A stretch of DNA of 64,000 nt from Anaerolineales bacterium (GTDB lineage: Bacteria > Chloroflexota > Anaerolineae > Anaerolineales > E44-bin32): positions 3,436-67,435 of the forward strand of contig DATIFK010000002.1 of the NCBI GenBank assembly GCA_035455265.1, written 5' to 3'. Below are positions 34,921 to 42,814 of the stretch, piece after piece. A model generated the notes under the pieces. That model saw nothing but the letters and a program-made list of their open reading frames with translations. It did not search any database and was not told where the DNA came from. The position numbers and the translations under genes were made by a program. The stretch's first letter is position 1; each line of letters starts with the position of its first letter.

Positions 34921-36459
34921 GTGAGACCGGCATTGACTGCGCGTCCCCGAAACGCTCTCCGCCCACGCCGCAAGCCAGCCTCCCAGCGGAGCCGCGCCGA
35001 CGTCGGACCGGCGACTCCGCCGACGCCAGGGGCTACGGCCAGCCGATGGTCTCGCCTGGCCCAGGCGGCGTGGGTCGTGACGGCGGTCGCCTCGGTCGCG
35101 CTCGTCGTCGCATCGCTCGCAGGCTACTCCGTCTGGCTTCGTGGTCAGAACCCTGTCCAGCCTGGACCTGAGCCCTACAACTTCTTCTATGTGCTTGGCG
35201 GCCTGAGCTCCCTGGCCACCGCCGTCATCTGCCTGGCCCTGTCCTTCATCCTCTTTCGCGGCCGGCGGGACGATCCGATGGCCCTGTTTGTGTCGTTCTT
35301 CGTCCTGATCTACGGGGTCGTCCTGGCCGGCCCGCTCGAATCCCTCGAAGCGGCCGTGCCCGGCGCCGGCGAGCTGGCCGTGAGTGTGATCCAACCGATT
35401 TTCTTCACGGTGCCGACGGTTGCCCTCATCGTGCTGTTTCCGGACGGGCGCCCTGTTCCGAAAGGGAGCCGCTGGCTGATCCTGCTCGCGGCGGGCAGCC
35501 TGGCGTTCCTTCCCTTCCTCGACGCCGGGTCGGCGAGCGCCCTCAACACACTCCCGGCTCAGCTTTGGGCGGTCCTGCTCGTCATCCTCTTCGGACTGGC
35601 ATTCGCCTCCCAGGTCTACCGATACAAACAGGTGTCGACCCCTGCCGCCCGCGAACAAACACGTTGGGTGGTCTTCGGCCTGGCCACGTGGCTGGTTTTG
35701 ATGATCGCCCAGGGTCTGCCGTACGTCTATCTCCAGAACCTTCCGCCGGGGGCTCCGCTGCCGTCGTGGGCGGCCGCGAGCAGCACGGTCTGGTGGCTGT
35801 CCCTCTCCGCCATCCCGGTGACGCTGACCATCGCCATCCTGCGTCACCGGCTTTTCGACATCGACGTCATCATCAATCGCGCGCTGGTCTACGGCGCCCT
35901 GACGGCGATCCTGGCGGGGCTGTACACGGCCTCCATCAGCCTGTTCCAGAGACTCTTCCAGTCCATCACCGGGCAGAAGTCCGACGCTGCCGTCGTACTC
36001 ACGACCCTGGTTCTGGCTTCGGCCTTCACGCCGATCCGGACGAGGCTGCAGGCGGTCGTCGACCGGCGTTTCAAAGACATCCACGATACGCGACGCCGGC
36101 TGGACACACTGGCGGAGGAGGTGCAACGAGGCCTGTGGGTCGTCTCGCCGCTGCAAGCCTCGCGGCGCCTGCTGGATGAGGCGCTGCTCGCCTTCGACGC
36201 CGAGGGCGGAGCGGTCTATCTGCGAGGCCGCAGGCAGGAGCAGCTGGCATACCAGAGCGGCACGTGGACGGGACAGCCCGTCCTGACCGTGCCCCTCGCC
36301 GCAGACCAGAAGGCATTTGGGCGTCTCGCTCTCGGGCCGCGCAAGAACGACGCCGGCTATACCCCCGAGGACGCCGACCTGCTGACCCGCACCGCCACGG
36401 CCGTCGCCTCGGCCTTCCCGGAGGAGGGGCCGGCGCGCCTGCGCCGCTCCGCCCGATGA
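34921..36459 (+). CDS. Polytopic membrane sensor-like protein with a C-terminal GAF-like domain, no kinase domain
   Basis: About 8 TM helices ending in LRHRLFDIDVIINRALVYG, a motif common at the end of sensor membrane modules. A soluble C-terminal domain of about 130 aa follows. The start is uncertain (GTG 34921). Confidence 0.6.
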   Translation: MRPALTARPRNALRPRRKPASQRSRADVGPATPPTPGATASRWSRLAQAAWVVTAVASVALVVASLAGYSVWLRGQNPVQPGPEPYNFFYVLGGLSSLATAVICLALSFILFRGRRDDPMALFVSFFVLIYGVVLAGPLESLEAAVPGAGELAVSVIQPIFFTVPTVALIVLFPDGRPVPKGSRWLILLAAGSLAFLPFLDAGSASALNTLPAQLWAVLLVILFGLAFASQVYRYKQVSTPAAREQTRWVVFGLATWLVLMIAQGLPYVYLQNLPPGAPLPSWAAASSTVWWLSLSAIPVTLTIAILRHRLFDIDVIINRALVYGALTAILAGLYTASISLFQRLFQSITGQKSDAAVVLTTLVLASAFTPIRTRLQAVVDRRFKDIHDTRRRLDTLAEEVQRGLWVVSPLQASRRLLDEALLAFDAEGGAVYLRGRRQEQLAYQSGTWTGQPVLTVPLAADQKAFGRLALGPRKNDAGYTPEDADLLTRTATAVASAFPEEGPARLRRSAR

Positions 36460-37226
36460 CGAACCACCACTCGACGCTGCCCCCTCCGCCGCGCCGGGCG
36501 GCCCCGTCGGCGGAGGCCCTGCCGCCACACGAGGGCTTCATTCAGGCGAAGATCTTCTCAGGGCTGGGCCCCGAGGACCTGGCTCGGGTCGCCGCCAGCT
36601 TCCGCTCCCGGCCGTTCGAGCGCGGTCGTCGCCTTTTTCGTGAGGGCGAGCCGGCGGCGGTCTACTACCTGGTCGGCGAGGGCCAGGTCAAGATCGTGCA
36701 GACCTCTCCCGAAGGTCTGGACGTCATCCTGCACATCTTCGGACCCGGAGAGATCATCGGCGCGCTGCCCACGCTGGGTGAAGGGGCGTATCCCGGCACC
36801 GCCATCGCCCTGACGGACGGCCTGGCGTTCGCGATCGATGCCGACGACTTCAACGACATCCTGCAGCGTCACCCGTCGGTGACCGTCCGCCTGCTGCGCT
36901 TCGCCACGGAGGTCCTCCAGGCATCCCATGTGCGCTTGCGCGAACTGGCCACACAACGCGTCGAGCAGCGCATCGCCCGCACCATCGCCCGGCTCGCCAC
37001 GCAGACGGGCGTCAAGACGGAGGAGGGCGTCACTTTGTCGACTCCCCTGTCGCGCCAAGACCTGGCCAATCTGACCGGGACGACGCTCTTCACCGTCAGC
37101 CGAACCCTCAAGGCATGGGAGCGCAAGGGCATCCTGCTCTCCAGCCGCAACCGCGTGACCGTGCTGAACCCCCACGCGCTGATCGCCATCGGGGAAGACC
37201 TCGTCGAGCGGCCGCCCTCGAGCTGA
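36456..37226 (+). CDS. Crp/Fnr-family transcriptional regulator (Dnr/NnrR-like, no Cys cluster)
   Basis: cNMP-binding-like beta-roll (FREGEPAAVYYLVGEGQVKIV...GPGEIIG) and C-terminal HTH LSRQDLANLTGTTLFTVSRTLKAWERKG. The ATG overlaps the upstream stop (ATGA). Confidence 0.85.
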   Translation: MTNHHSTLPPPPRRAAPSAEALPPHEGFIQAKIFSGLGPEDLARVAASFRSRPFERGRRLFREGEPAAVYYLVGEGQVKIVQTSPEGLDVILHIFGPGEIIGALPTLGEGAYPGTAIALTDGLAFAIDADDFNDILQRHPSVTVRLLRFATEVLQASHVRLRELATQRVEQRIARTIARLATQTGVKTEEGVTLSTPLSRQDLANLTGTTLFTVSRTLKAWERKGILLSSRNRVTVLNPHALIAIGEDLVERPPSS

Positions 37227-37232
37227 CCGTCT

Positions 37233-37246
37233 TTGCGCCAGCGCAA
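37233..37246 (+). promoter_or_regulatory. Fnr/NnrR-type operator TTGCG-N4-CGCAA
   Basis: Perfect dyad TTGCGCCAGCGCAA. Its centre lies about 41.5 nt upstream of the start site predicted from the TAGACT -10 at 37269-37274. Confidence 0.6.
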
Positions 37247-37268
37247 CGACAGCCCCTCTGGGGGCAGC

Positions 37269-37274
37269 TAGACT
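37269..37274 (+). promoter_or_regulatory. Putative -10 hexamer TAGACT, 9 nt upstream of ATG 37284
   Basis: The sequence reads TAGACT GGCCTTGCG ATG. Confidence 0.4.
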
Positions 37275-37283
37275 GGCCTTGCG

Positions 37284-37526
37284 ATGGTCGACTTCCCGCG
37301 CCCCGCGGAGGCTTTGAAGCTCACCATAGGCGACCTGCTGACACGCTGGCCGACTGGGGCTCGCGCCTTCGTGGAACACCGCATGGCCTGCATTGGGTGT
37401 GCGTTCAGCGCCTTCGACACCCTCGAGGAGGCCCTGGACATGCATCACGTCCCGGCAGCCTCCTTCTTTCGCTCCCTTGAAGGCGCCGCGCCCGCCCTAT
37501 CTCAAATCCATGGAGAAGAGACATGA
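37284..37526 (+). CDS. DUF1858 / hybrid-cluster-protein-associated redox disulfide domain protein
   Basis: 80 aa containing TIGDLLTRWP..ARAFVEHRMACIGCAFSAFDTLEEA. The stop overlaps the nirK ATG. Confidence 0.7.
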   Translation: MVDFPRPAEALKLTIGDLLTRWPTGARAFVEHRMACIGCAFSAFDTLEEALDMHHVPAASFFRSLEGAAPALSQIHGEET

Positions 37527-38953
37527 AAGTCTGGAGCATTTGGATTCGTATCGCCCCCGTGTTGCTGGCGGCGCTGGCGGCCTGCGCGCCGGCCGCCACC
37601 CCCACGCTCCCGCCCTCCCCGCCCACCGTCCCTCCGGCGCCGACGCAGACCACGATGGTCCTGGAGCCGACGGTGCGCTACACGCTGGTGACGGGCGCCG
37701 GCACGGGCAAGTTGAACTTCGTCGGCCGCGGTGGAGATATCGACGGCCAGGCCAATCCGGTCCTGACCGCCCAACCCGGCGACGTCGTCGAAATCACCCT
37801 CGTCAACGGAGATTCCATCTTGCACGACCTGACGATCGACGAGTTCAACGTGAAGACGCCTCAGATTCAGAACCTCGATGAGACCGCCAAGGTGACCTTC
37901 ACGGTCGATCGGGAAGGGGAGTTCTTCTACTACTGCACCGTCCCCGGCCATCGCCAGGCCGGAATGGAAGGGGTCCTGCGCGTCGGGAATCCCGCCGCTG
38001 CGACCGAAGCCCCCTCCCAGGCCGTCTCCGTCGTTCACAACCCGGCCGACCTGCCGGGGCCAATCGGTCGCCGCGCCCCGCAGACGGTGGATGTCGAGCT
38101 GACGGCGCAGGAAGTCGTCGCCCAGCTGGCCGACGGCGCCACCTATTCCTATTTCACTTTCAACGGCACCGTCCCGGGGCCGTTCGTGCGCGTGCGCGTC
38201 GGCGACACGGTGAACCTGACCCTGCACAACGACACGACCAGCACATTGGGCCACTCCATCGACCTGCACGCCGTCAACGGACCGGGAGGCGGCGCGGTCT
38301 ACACCCAGACTCTGCCGGGCGAGACGCACGCGTTCTCCTTCCGTGCCCTCAATCCGGGGCTGTTCGTGTATCACTGCGCCACGCCGAGCGTGGCCCACCA
38401 CATCGCCTCGGGCATGTACGGTCTCATCCTGGTCGAGCCGGAAGGGGGATTGCCGCCGGTGGACAAGGAGTTCTACGTGATGCAGGGCGAGATCTATACG
38501 GTCGAGCCTTTCGGCACCCAGGGCGCTCTCACCTTCAGCATGGAGAAGATGCTGGCCGAGGATCCCGAGTACTTCGTCTTCAACGGCGCGGCCATGGCGC
38601 TGACCACGGACGAGAACGCCCTCCACGTCAATGTGGGCGACAGCGTGCGCATCTTCTTCGGCGTCGGTGGTCCCAACGCCACGTCGTCGTTCCATGTCAT
38701 CGGCGAGATCTTCGATCGCGTCTACCCGTTCGCCGCCCTGACCTCGCCACCGCTGACCGACGTCCAGACCGTCAGCGTCCCACCCGGCGGCGCGGCCGTG
38801 GTCGAGTTCCGTGTCGACGTGCCCGGCCGCTACCTCCTGGTGGATCACGCTCTCAGTCGGTTGGAGCGCGGCCTGGTCGGGTTCTTGCTCGCCGAGGGGG
38901 CTGAGGATCCGACGATCTTCTCGGGCACGCTGACCGAAGGCTCCGGACACTGA
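37523..38953 (+). CDS. nirK: Copper-containing nitrite reductase with N-terminal cupredoxin extension and lipoprotein signal
   Basis: Lipobox LAALAAC. The extra type-1 Cu domain is HDLTIDEF...YYCTVPGHRQAGMEG. The NirK core has the T2Cu/T1Cu ligand motifs GHSIDLHAV and YHCATPSVAHHIASGMYG. Confidence 0.85.
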   Translation: MKVWSIWIRIAPVLLAALAACAPAATPTLPPSPPTVPPAPTQTTMVLEPTVRYTLVTGAGTGKLNFVGRGGDIDGQANPVLTAQPGDVVEITLVNGDSILHDLTIDEFNVKTPQIQNLDETAKVTFTVDREGEFFYYCTVPGHRQAGMEGVLRVGNPAAATEAPSQAVSVVHNPADLPGPIGRRAPQTVDVELTAQEVVAQLADGATYSYFTFNGTVPGPFVRVRVGDTVNLTLHNDTTSTLGHSIDLHAVNGPGGGAVYTQTLPGETHAFSFRALNPGLFVYHCATPSVAHHIASGMYGLILVEPEGGLPPVDKEFYVMQGEIYTVEPFGTQGALTFSMEKMLAEDPEYFVFNGAAMALTTDENALHVNVGDSVRIFFGVGGPNATSSFHVIGEIFDRVYPFAALTSPPLTDVQTVSVPPGGAAVVEFRVDVPGRYLLVDHALSRLERGLVGFLLAEGAEDPTIFSGTLTEGSGH

Positions 38954-39264
38954 TCGAGGACTCGCGTCTGAAGCGACTCTGAGCGGAGCGGCGGGGCCGA
39001 GTGTTGGCCCCGTCGCGCAGTCGAAGAGCGCTTGCGCAAGGGCCCTTCGACTGCGGTCGCAGTGTCCGGCGTTGTGCCCGAAGGCGCCAGGCGGCCTTCG
39101 CTCAGGGACCCTGGCAAGCTCCTTTGCAGTAGGTCACAGAGCGAACTTGGAGCCCGGGGCCACCAGGCTAGACGAAGGGCTCTCTGCATCCTATGACAGG
39201 TGCCACCGGCCGCCGCGTCGTATAATGCATCCAAACTGCTGGCTCGAGAACGGGAGCCGATAGG

Positions 39265-39459
39265 ATGGAAGGCATGCGCAGCATCGGTCTGCCGGAACTG
39301 CTGATCATCGTCGGGATCGTCGTGTTGATCTTCGGCGTCGGGCGGATCTCCAAGCTTGGAGGCGAACTCGGGCGCGGGATCCGCGCCTTCCGCGACGGGC
39401 TCAGCGGCAAGGACGACGAGGAACAGCCCCCGAAGGACACGCCAACGGGCGCCTCCTAG
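39265..39459 (+). CDS. tatA: Twin-arginine translocase subunit TatA/E
   Basis: GLPELLIIVGIVVLIFGVGRISKLGGELGRGIRAFR is a TM helix plus an amphipathic helix. The alternative start is ATG 39274. Confidence 0.85.
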   Translation: MEGMRSIGLPELLIIVGIVVLIFGVGRISKLGGELGRGIRAFRDGLSGKDDEEQPPKDTPTGAS

Positions 39460-39481
39460 GTTTGGAAAGCTGAGTCCGCCC

Positions 39482-39820
39482 GTGGTCGACGAAACCCACC
39501 TTGTTCCCGACCTGGGATCGCTGCTGTCGACCGCCCTGACCGACAGCATCGTCAGCCGGACGGTGTACGCCGGTGAACACGTCAAGGTCACGCTGTTCGC
39601 CTTCGCCGCCGGACAGGAACTGAGCGAGCACACCGCCTCGCAACCCGCGGTGCTGCACGTGTTGAAGGGCCAGGGCCGGATTCGACTGGGGAGCCAGAGC
39701 TCCGCCGCCGGTCCTGGAACCTGGGCCTATATGCCGGCCCATCTGCCGCACAGCGTGCACGCCGAAACCGAGCTCACCCTTCTCCTGTTGCTCCTCAAAG
39801 GCGCCGAGCCCGAACCTTAG
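39482..39820 (+). CDS. Cupin-domain protein
   Basis: Cupin motifs: FAAGQELSEHTASQPAVLHVLKGQG ... MPAHLPHSV. The GTG start is uncertain. Confidence 0.6.
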   Translation: MVDETHLVPDLGSLLSTALTDSIVSRTVYAGEHVKVTLFAFAAGQELSEHTASQPAVLHVLKGQGRIRLGSQSSAAGPGTWAYMPAHLPHSVHAETELTLLLLLLKGAEPEP

Positions 39821-39853
39821 CCCGGCCGTGGCCCACGTCAGGTCGAGGCGGTC

Positions 39854-40258
39854 ATGCCTACCCTGGCCCGTTGGTACATCAAGACCTCGTTCGCTTGGCT
39901 GGCCCTGGCCCTGCTTCTGGGGGTTGTATCGGTCATCTTGCCGGCCAGTTGGCCCTCGGCCGCCTTTGCCCCGGTCCAGATGCATGCCTTCGTTGTTGGA
40001 TGGATTACGCAACTGATCTTCGGGGTGGTCTACTGGATGTTCCCCAAAGCCAGCACCGAGCATCCCCGAGGAAGCGAAGGCCTGGCCGCGGCGACGTATG
40101 TTCTCCTCAATGCCGGACTCGCGGCGCGCGCGGTGGGTGAACCCATGGCGGCCTTGGGCGGCCCGGGCGCGCTATGGCTGATAGGTTCCGCTCTGATGCA
40201 GTGGCTGGCGGGACTGGGTTTCGTCCTCAACACCTGGCCAAGGGTGAAGGGGGGTTGA
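39854..40258 (+). CDS. Uncharacterised 134-aa 4-TM membrane protein, twin 1
   Basis: Paralogous to the next gene. Shared features are MP.L.RW, H....GW..QL.....YW..P, N.G and WPRVK. Confidence 0.75.
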   Translation: MPTLARWYIKTSFAWLALALLLGVVSVILPASWPSAAFAPVQMHAFVVGWITQLIFGVVYWMFPKASTEHPRGSEGLAAATYVLLNAGLAARAVGEPMAALGGPGALWLIGSALMQWLAGLGFVLNTWPRVKGG

Positions 40259-40259
40259 G

Positions 40260-40664
40260 ATGCCGCGGCTGACGCGCTGGGCCTTGCGGCTGGCCCTCCT
40301 TCACCTGATCTTGGGATTCAGCCTGGGTGCGCTGATGTTGTGCGCAAAGGCCAGCGGTGTTTGCGCCTGGGCGTGGCCGCTGCGCGGACTCCACATCGAA
40401 CTTCTCACCATCGGCTGGACGGCGCAGCTGGCGCTGGCCGTGGCCTACTGGATTCTCCCTCGCCACCCTGGCGGGCGGCGCGGTCCAGAGGCGCCGGCGT
40501 GGGCGGCCTGGGCTTTGCTTAACCTCGGCGTGTGGGTTTCCGGTCTGACGATGGCGCTGGTGGGACCGCGCCTGCTCCTCGGGGTCGGCCACTCCGCCGA
40601 GGCGCTGGGGATCCTGGTCTTCGCGGTACAGCTCTGGCCGCGAGTGAAGGCCTTCGGGGTGTAG
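40260..40664 (+). CDS. Uncharacterised 134-aa 4-TM membrane protein, twin 2
   Basis: Starts 1 nt after the twin 1 stop, with the same length and conserved positions. Confidence 0.75.
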   Translation: MPRLTRWALRLALLHLILGFSLGALMLCAKASGVCAWAWPLRGLHIELLTIGWTAQLALAVAYWILPRHPGGRRGPEAPAWAAWALLNLGVWVSGLTMALVGPRLLLGVGHSAEALGILVFAVQLWPRVKAFGV

Positions 40665-40668
40665 GCCC

Positions 40669-41688
40669 CTACGCCACCGCCCACCAATCCCGGCCTTCAG
40701 CCAGATTCATTCCTTTCAGCCGGGTCCGGATGATCTCGCGTGCCCCGCGCGCTCCGACGGCGGCAAGCACGACCGTCCCGGGCGTCGCGTGCAACAGCTC
40801 CGTTAGGTCGTCGGGCGCGTGGATCGGTTTCCCCCGGCGGCTACGGCCGATCTTCACCGGATCGATGTCAATGAAAGCCAGCAACGGCGCCCCCTCGCGC
40901 ACGAGATGCTTGCCGAGTCGGCGCCCGATGGCTCCGGCGCCCCAGACGATGACCCCGGGTGCCTGCCGCAGCGGACCCTGCATCAAGTAGTGGGCCTTGG
41001 CGCGCAGGAAGTTCTCCACCGAGTAGCGCGAGTCGGTGCGCGTCGCCCGCGCCGGGTGGTCCCGCCAGGCCATCAGCGGGCGTTCGACCTTGGCGAAGCG
41101 CGCGCCGGCCAGGTGCATCCGCAGCCACAGATCGTAGTCCTCCGGCCAACCGTGATCCTGGTAGCCGCCCAAGCGATCGAGCCAGCTGCGGCGCACCATC
41201 ACCGAAGGATGGACCAGAGGGCTCTCGACGAACATCTCACGGGCGATGGCCTCTGGCGTGGTCAGCCCGTTCAACCATTCGATGTAGAGGCGAAAGCCTT
41301 CCCTGATCTCCTCCGGCGGGAACCCCTCCACCAGGCAGCCGACGGCGGCCAGGTCCGGCTCGGCCGCCAGCCGGTCCCACTGTGCCTGCAGCCGATCGGG
41401 GTAGGCGAGGTCATCGGCGTCGTGGCGGGCGATGACATCCGCCCGACAGGCCTTCCAGCCTGCGTTGAGCGCTTCGATGAGACCGGCGTGCGCCCGGCGG
41501 ACCACGCGGAGGCGCGCATCGCGCGCCGCCCACGCCTCCAGCCGACCGGCGGTGGCGTCGCTCGAGCCGTCGTCGACGGCGATCAGTTCGAGGTCGTTCA
41601 GAGATTGAGCCAGAATCGATTCGACCGCGGCGTCGACTGTCGCCTCCGCGTTGTAGCATGGCATCAGGACGGAGACGCGAGGAGTCAT
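40669..41688 (-). CDS. Family 2 glycosyltransferase with a C-terminal Rossmann-like extension
   Basis: GT-A motifs VSVLMPCYNAE, VDDGSSD and HDADD. Confidence 0.8.
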   Translation of the reverse strand: MTPRVSVLMPCYNAEATVDAAVESILAQSLNDLELIAVDDGSSDATAGRLEAWAARDARLRVVRRAHAGLIEALNAGWKACRADVIARHDADDLAYPDRLQAQWDRLAAEPDLAAVGCLVEGFPPEEIREGFRLYIEWLNGLTTPEAIAREMFVESPLVHPSVMVRRSWLDRLGGYQDHGWPEDYDLWLRMHLAGARFAKVERPLMAWRDHPARATRTDSRYSVENFLRAKAHYLMQGPLRQAPGVIVWGAGAIGRRLGKHLVREGAPLLAFIDIDPVKIGRSRRGKPIHAPDDLTELLHATPGTVVLAAVGARGAREIIRTRLKGMNLAEGRDWWAVA

Positions 41689-41835
41689 CAGTTATCAGTT
41701 ATCAGTTATCAGTTTCTTGCAGCTTCAGGGCAATCATATGACCGAAGGCCCGCGGCGGCTCAGTCGGATGATGAGAACTGACCGTGCAGGCCAGGACAGG
41801 TATTGACTGATGACTGATGACTGGTGACTGACGAC
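41686..41835. repeat. Heptad repeat arms (ATCAGTT / TGACTGA) bracketing a spacer of about 90 nt
   Basis: The left arm is CATCAGTTATCAGTTATCAGTTATCAGTTTC (41686-41716) and overlaps the GT2 start codon. The right arm is TTGACTGATGACTGATGACTGGTGACTGACGAC (41803-41835) and abuts the permease stop. Confidence 0.8.
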
Positions 41836-42806
41836 TACGTTTCCCCGAGTTTCGTTCCCTGTCGTCCGAGGCGTGGATCGAGGGCGTCCCGCAGGCCGTC
41901 ACCCAGAAGGTTGAAGCCCAGCACGGTCAGCATGATGGCGAGGCCCGGGAAGAACACCAAGTGCGGAGCGGTGAAGACCTGGTTGCGGTCCTTGCCGAGC
42001 ATCGATCCCCACTCCGGGGTCGGCGGCTGGGCCCCCAGGCCGAGGAAGGACAGCGCCGCAGCGTCCAGGATGGCGGTAGCGATGCCGAGCGTCCCCTGGA
42101 CGATCAGCGGAGTCAACGCGTTCGGCAAGACCGAACGAAACAGGATCGTCCCCATGCCGGCGCCGAGGGCGCGCGAGGCAGCGACAAAGTCGCTCTCTTT
42201 GACCGACAGCACGCTGGCGCGGACCACCCGGGCGTAGATGGGGATCGACACAATCCCGATCGCCAGCAGGGCGTTGATCAGACCGGGTCCGAGCACCGCC
42301 ACGATGGCGATCGCCAACAGAAGCGAGGGGAAGGCGAGCAAGACGTCCATGACGCGCATGATGACGTCTTCGACCCATCCGCCCAGGTAACCAGCCAGCG
42401 CGCCGAGCACTGTCCCTACCGCGATGGCGAAACCCACCGAGACGATGCCGATGATGAGCGAATAGCGCGAGCCGTAGAGCACCCGGCTGAACAGGTCGCG
42501 CACGTTGCTGTCGATCCCCATGAAGTGCTGCGGTTGGTCGCTCGGGCAGCCGAGCAGGTGGATGCACGGTGGTTGCCGCGCCCCCACAGGCTCGATTCCG
42601 ATCAGGACCTGATACGGGTCGTACGGGGCAATGTAGGTGGCGGTGAGAGCGATCAGGACCAGGGCCCCCAGCATGGCTGCGCCGACCATGGCCGAACGGC
42701 GCTGGAAGAGCCGCCGCCACGTCGTGCGCCACAGGCTGACCGGCTGGCCGGCCAGGCTTTCGGCCGGCAGAAGACGTACGCCGGGAGAGGTGCTGTCGGC
42801 CGTCAC
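41835..42806 (-). CDS. Opp/Dpp-type ABC transporter permease (DppC-like)
   Basis: The permease core is SRYSLIIGIVSVGFAIAVGTVLGALAGY...FRSVLPNALTPLIVQGTL. GTG 42806 is chosen. The upstream part of the listed 502-aa ORF overlaps the neighbouring permease and is rejected. Confidence 0.85.
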   Translation of the reverse strand: MTADSTSPGVRLLPAESLAGQPVSLWRTTWRRLFQRRSAMVGAAMLGALVLIALTATYIAPYDPYQVLIGIEPVGARQPPCIHLLGCPSDQPQHFMGIDSNVRDLFSRVLYGSRYSLIIGIVSVGFAIAVGTVLGALAGYLGGWVEDVIMRVMDVLLAFPSLLLAIAIVAVLGPGLINALLAIGIVSIPIYARVVRASVLSVKESDFVAASRALGAGMGTILFRSVLPNALTPLIVQGTLGIATAILDAAALSFLGLGAQPPTPEWGSMLGKDRNQVFTAPHLVFFPGLAIMLTVLGFNLLGDGLRDALDPRLGRQGTKLGET

Positions 42807-42814
42807 GCATTCCC

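Noticed and set aside
38954-39264. A small RNA or riboswitch in the nirK-tatA spacer. It contains the hairpins GGGGCC...GGCCCC and CGCAGTCGAAG-N18-CTTCGACTGCG, and a TATAAT at 39221-39226.
   Set aside because: These are plausibly just the nirK terminator plus the tatA promoter. I recognise no conserved RNA motif, and the best -35 candidate is 22 nt from the TATAAT.
41686-41835. The split inverted arms as the terminal inverted repeats of a MITE or IS remnant.
   Set aside because: The arms are internally tandem heptads like those at the other loci, they pair imperfectly, there is no target-site duplication, and the interior encodes nothing.
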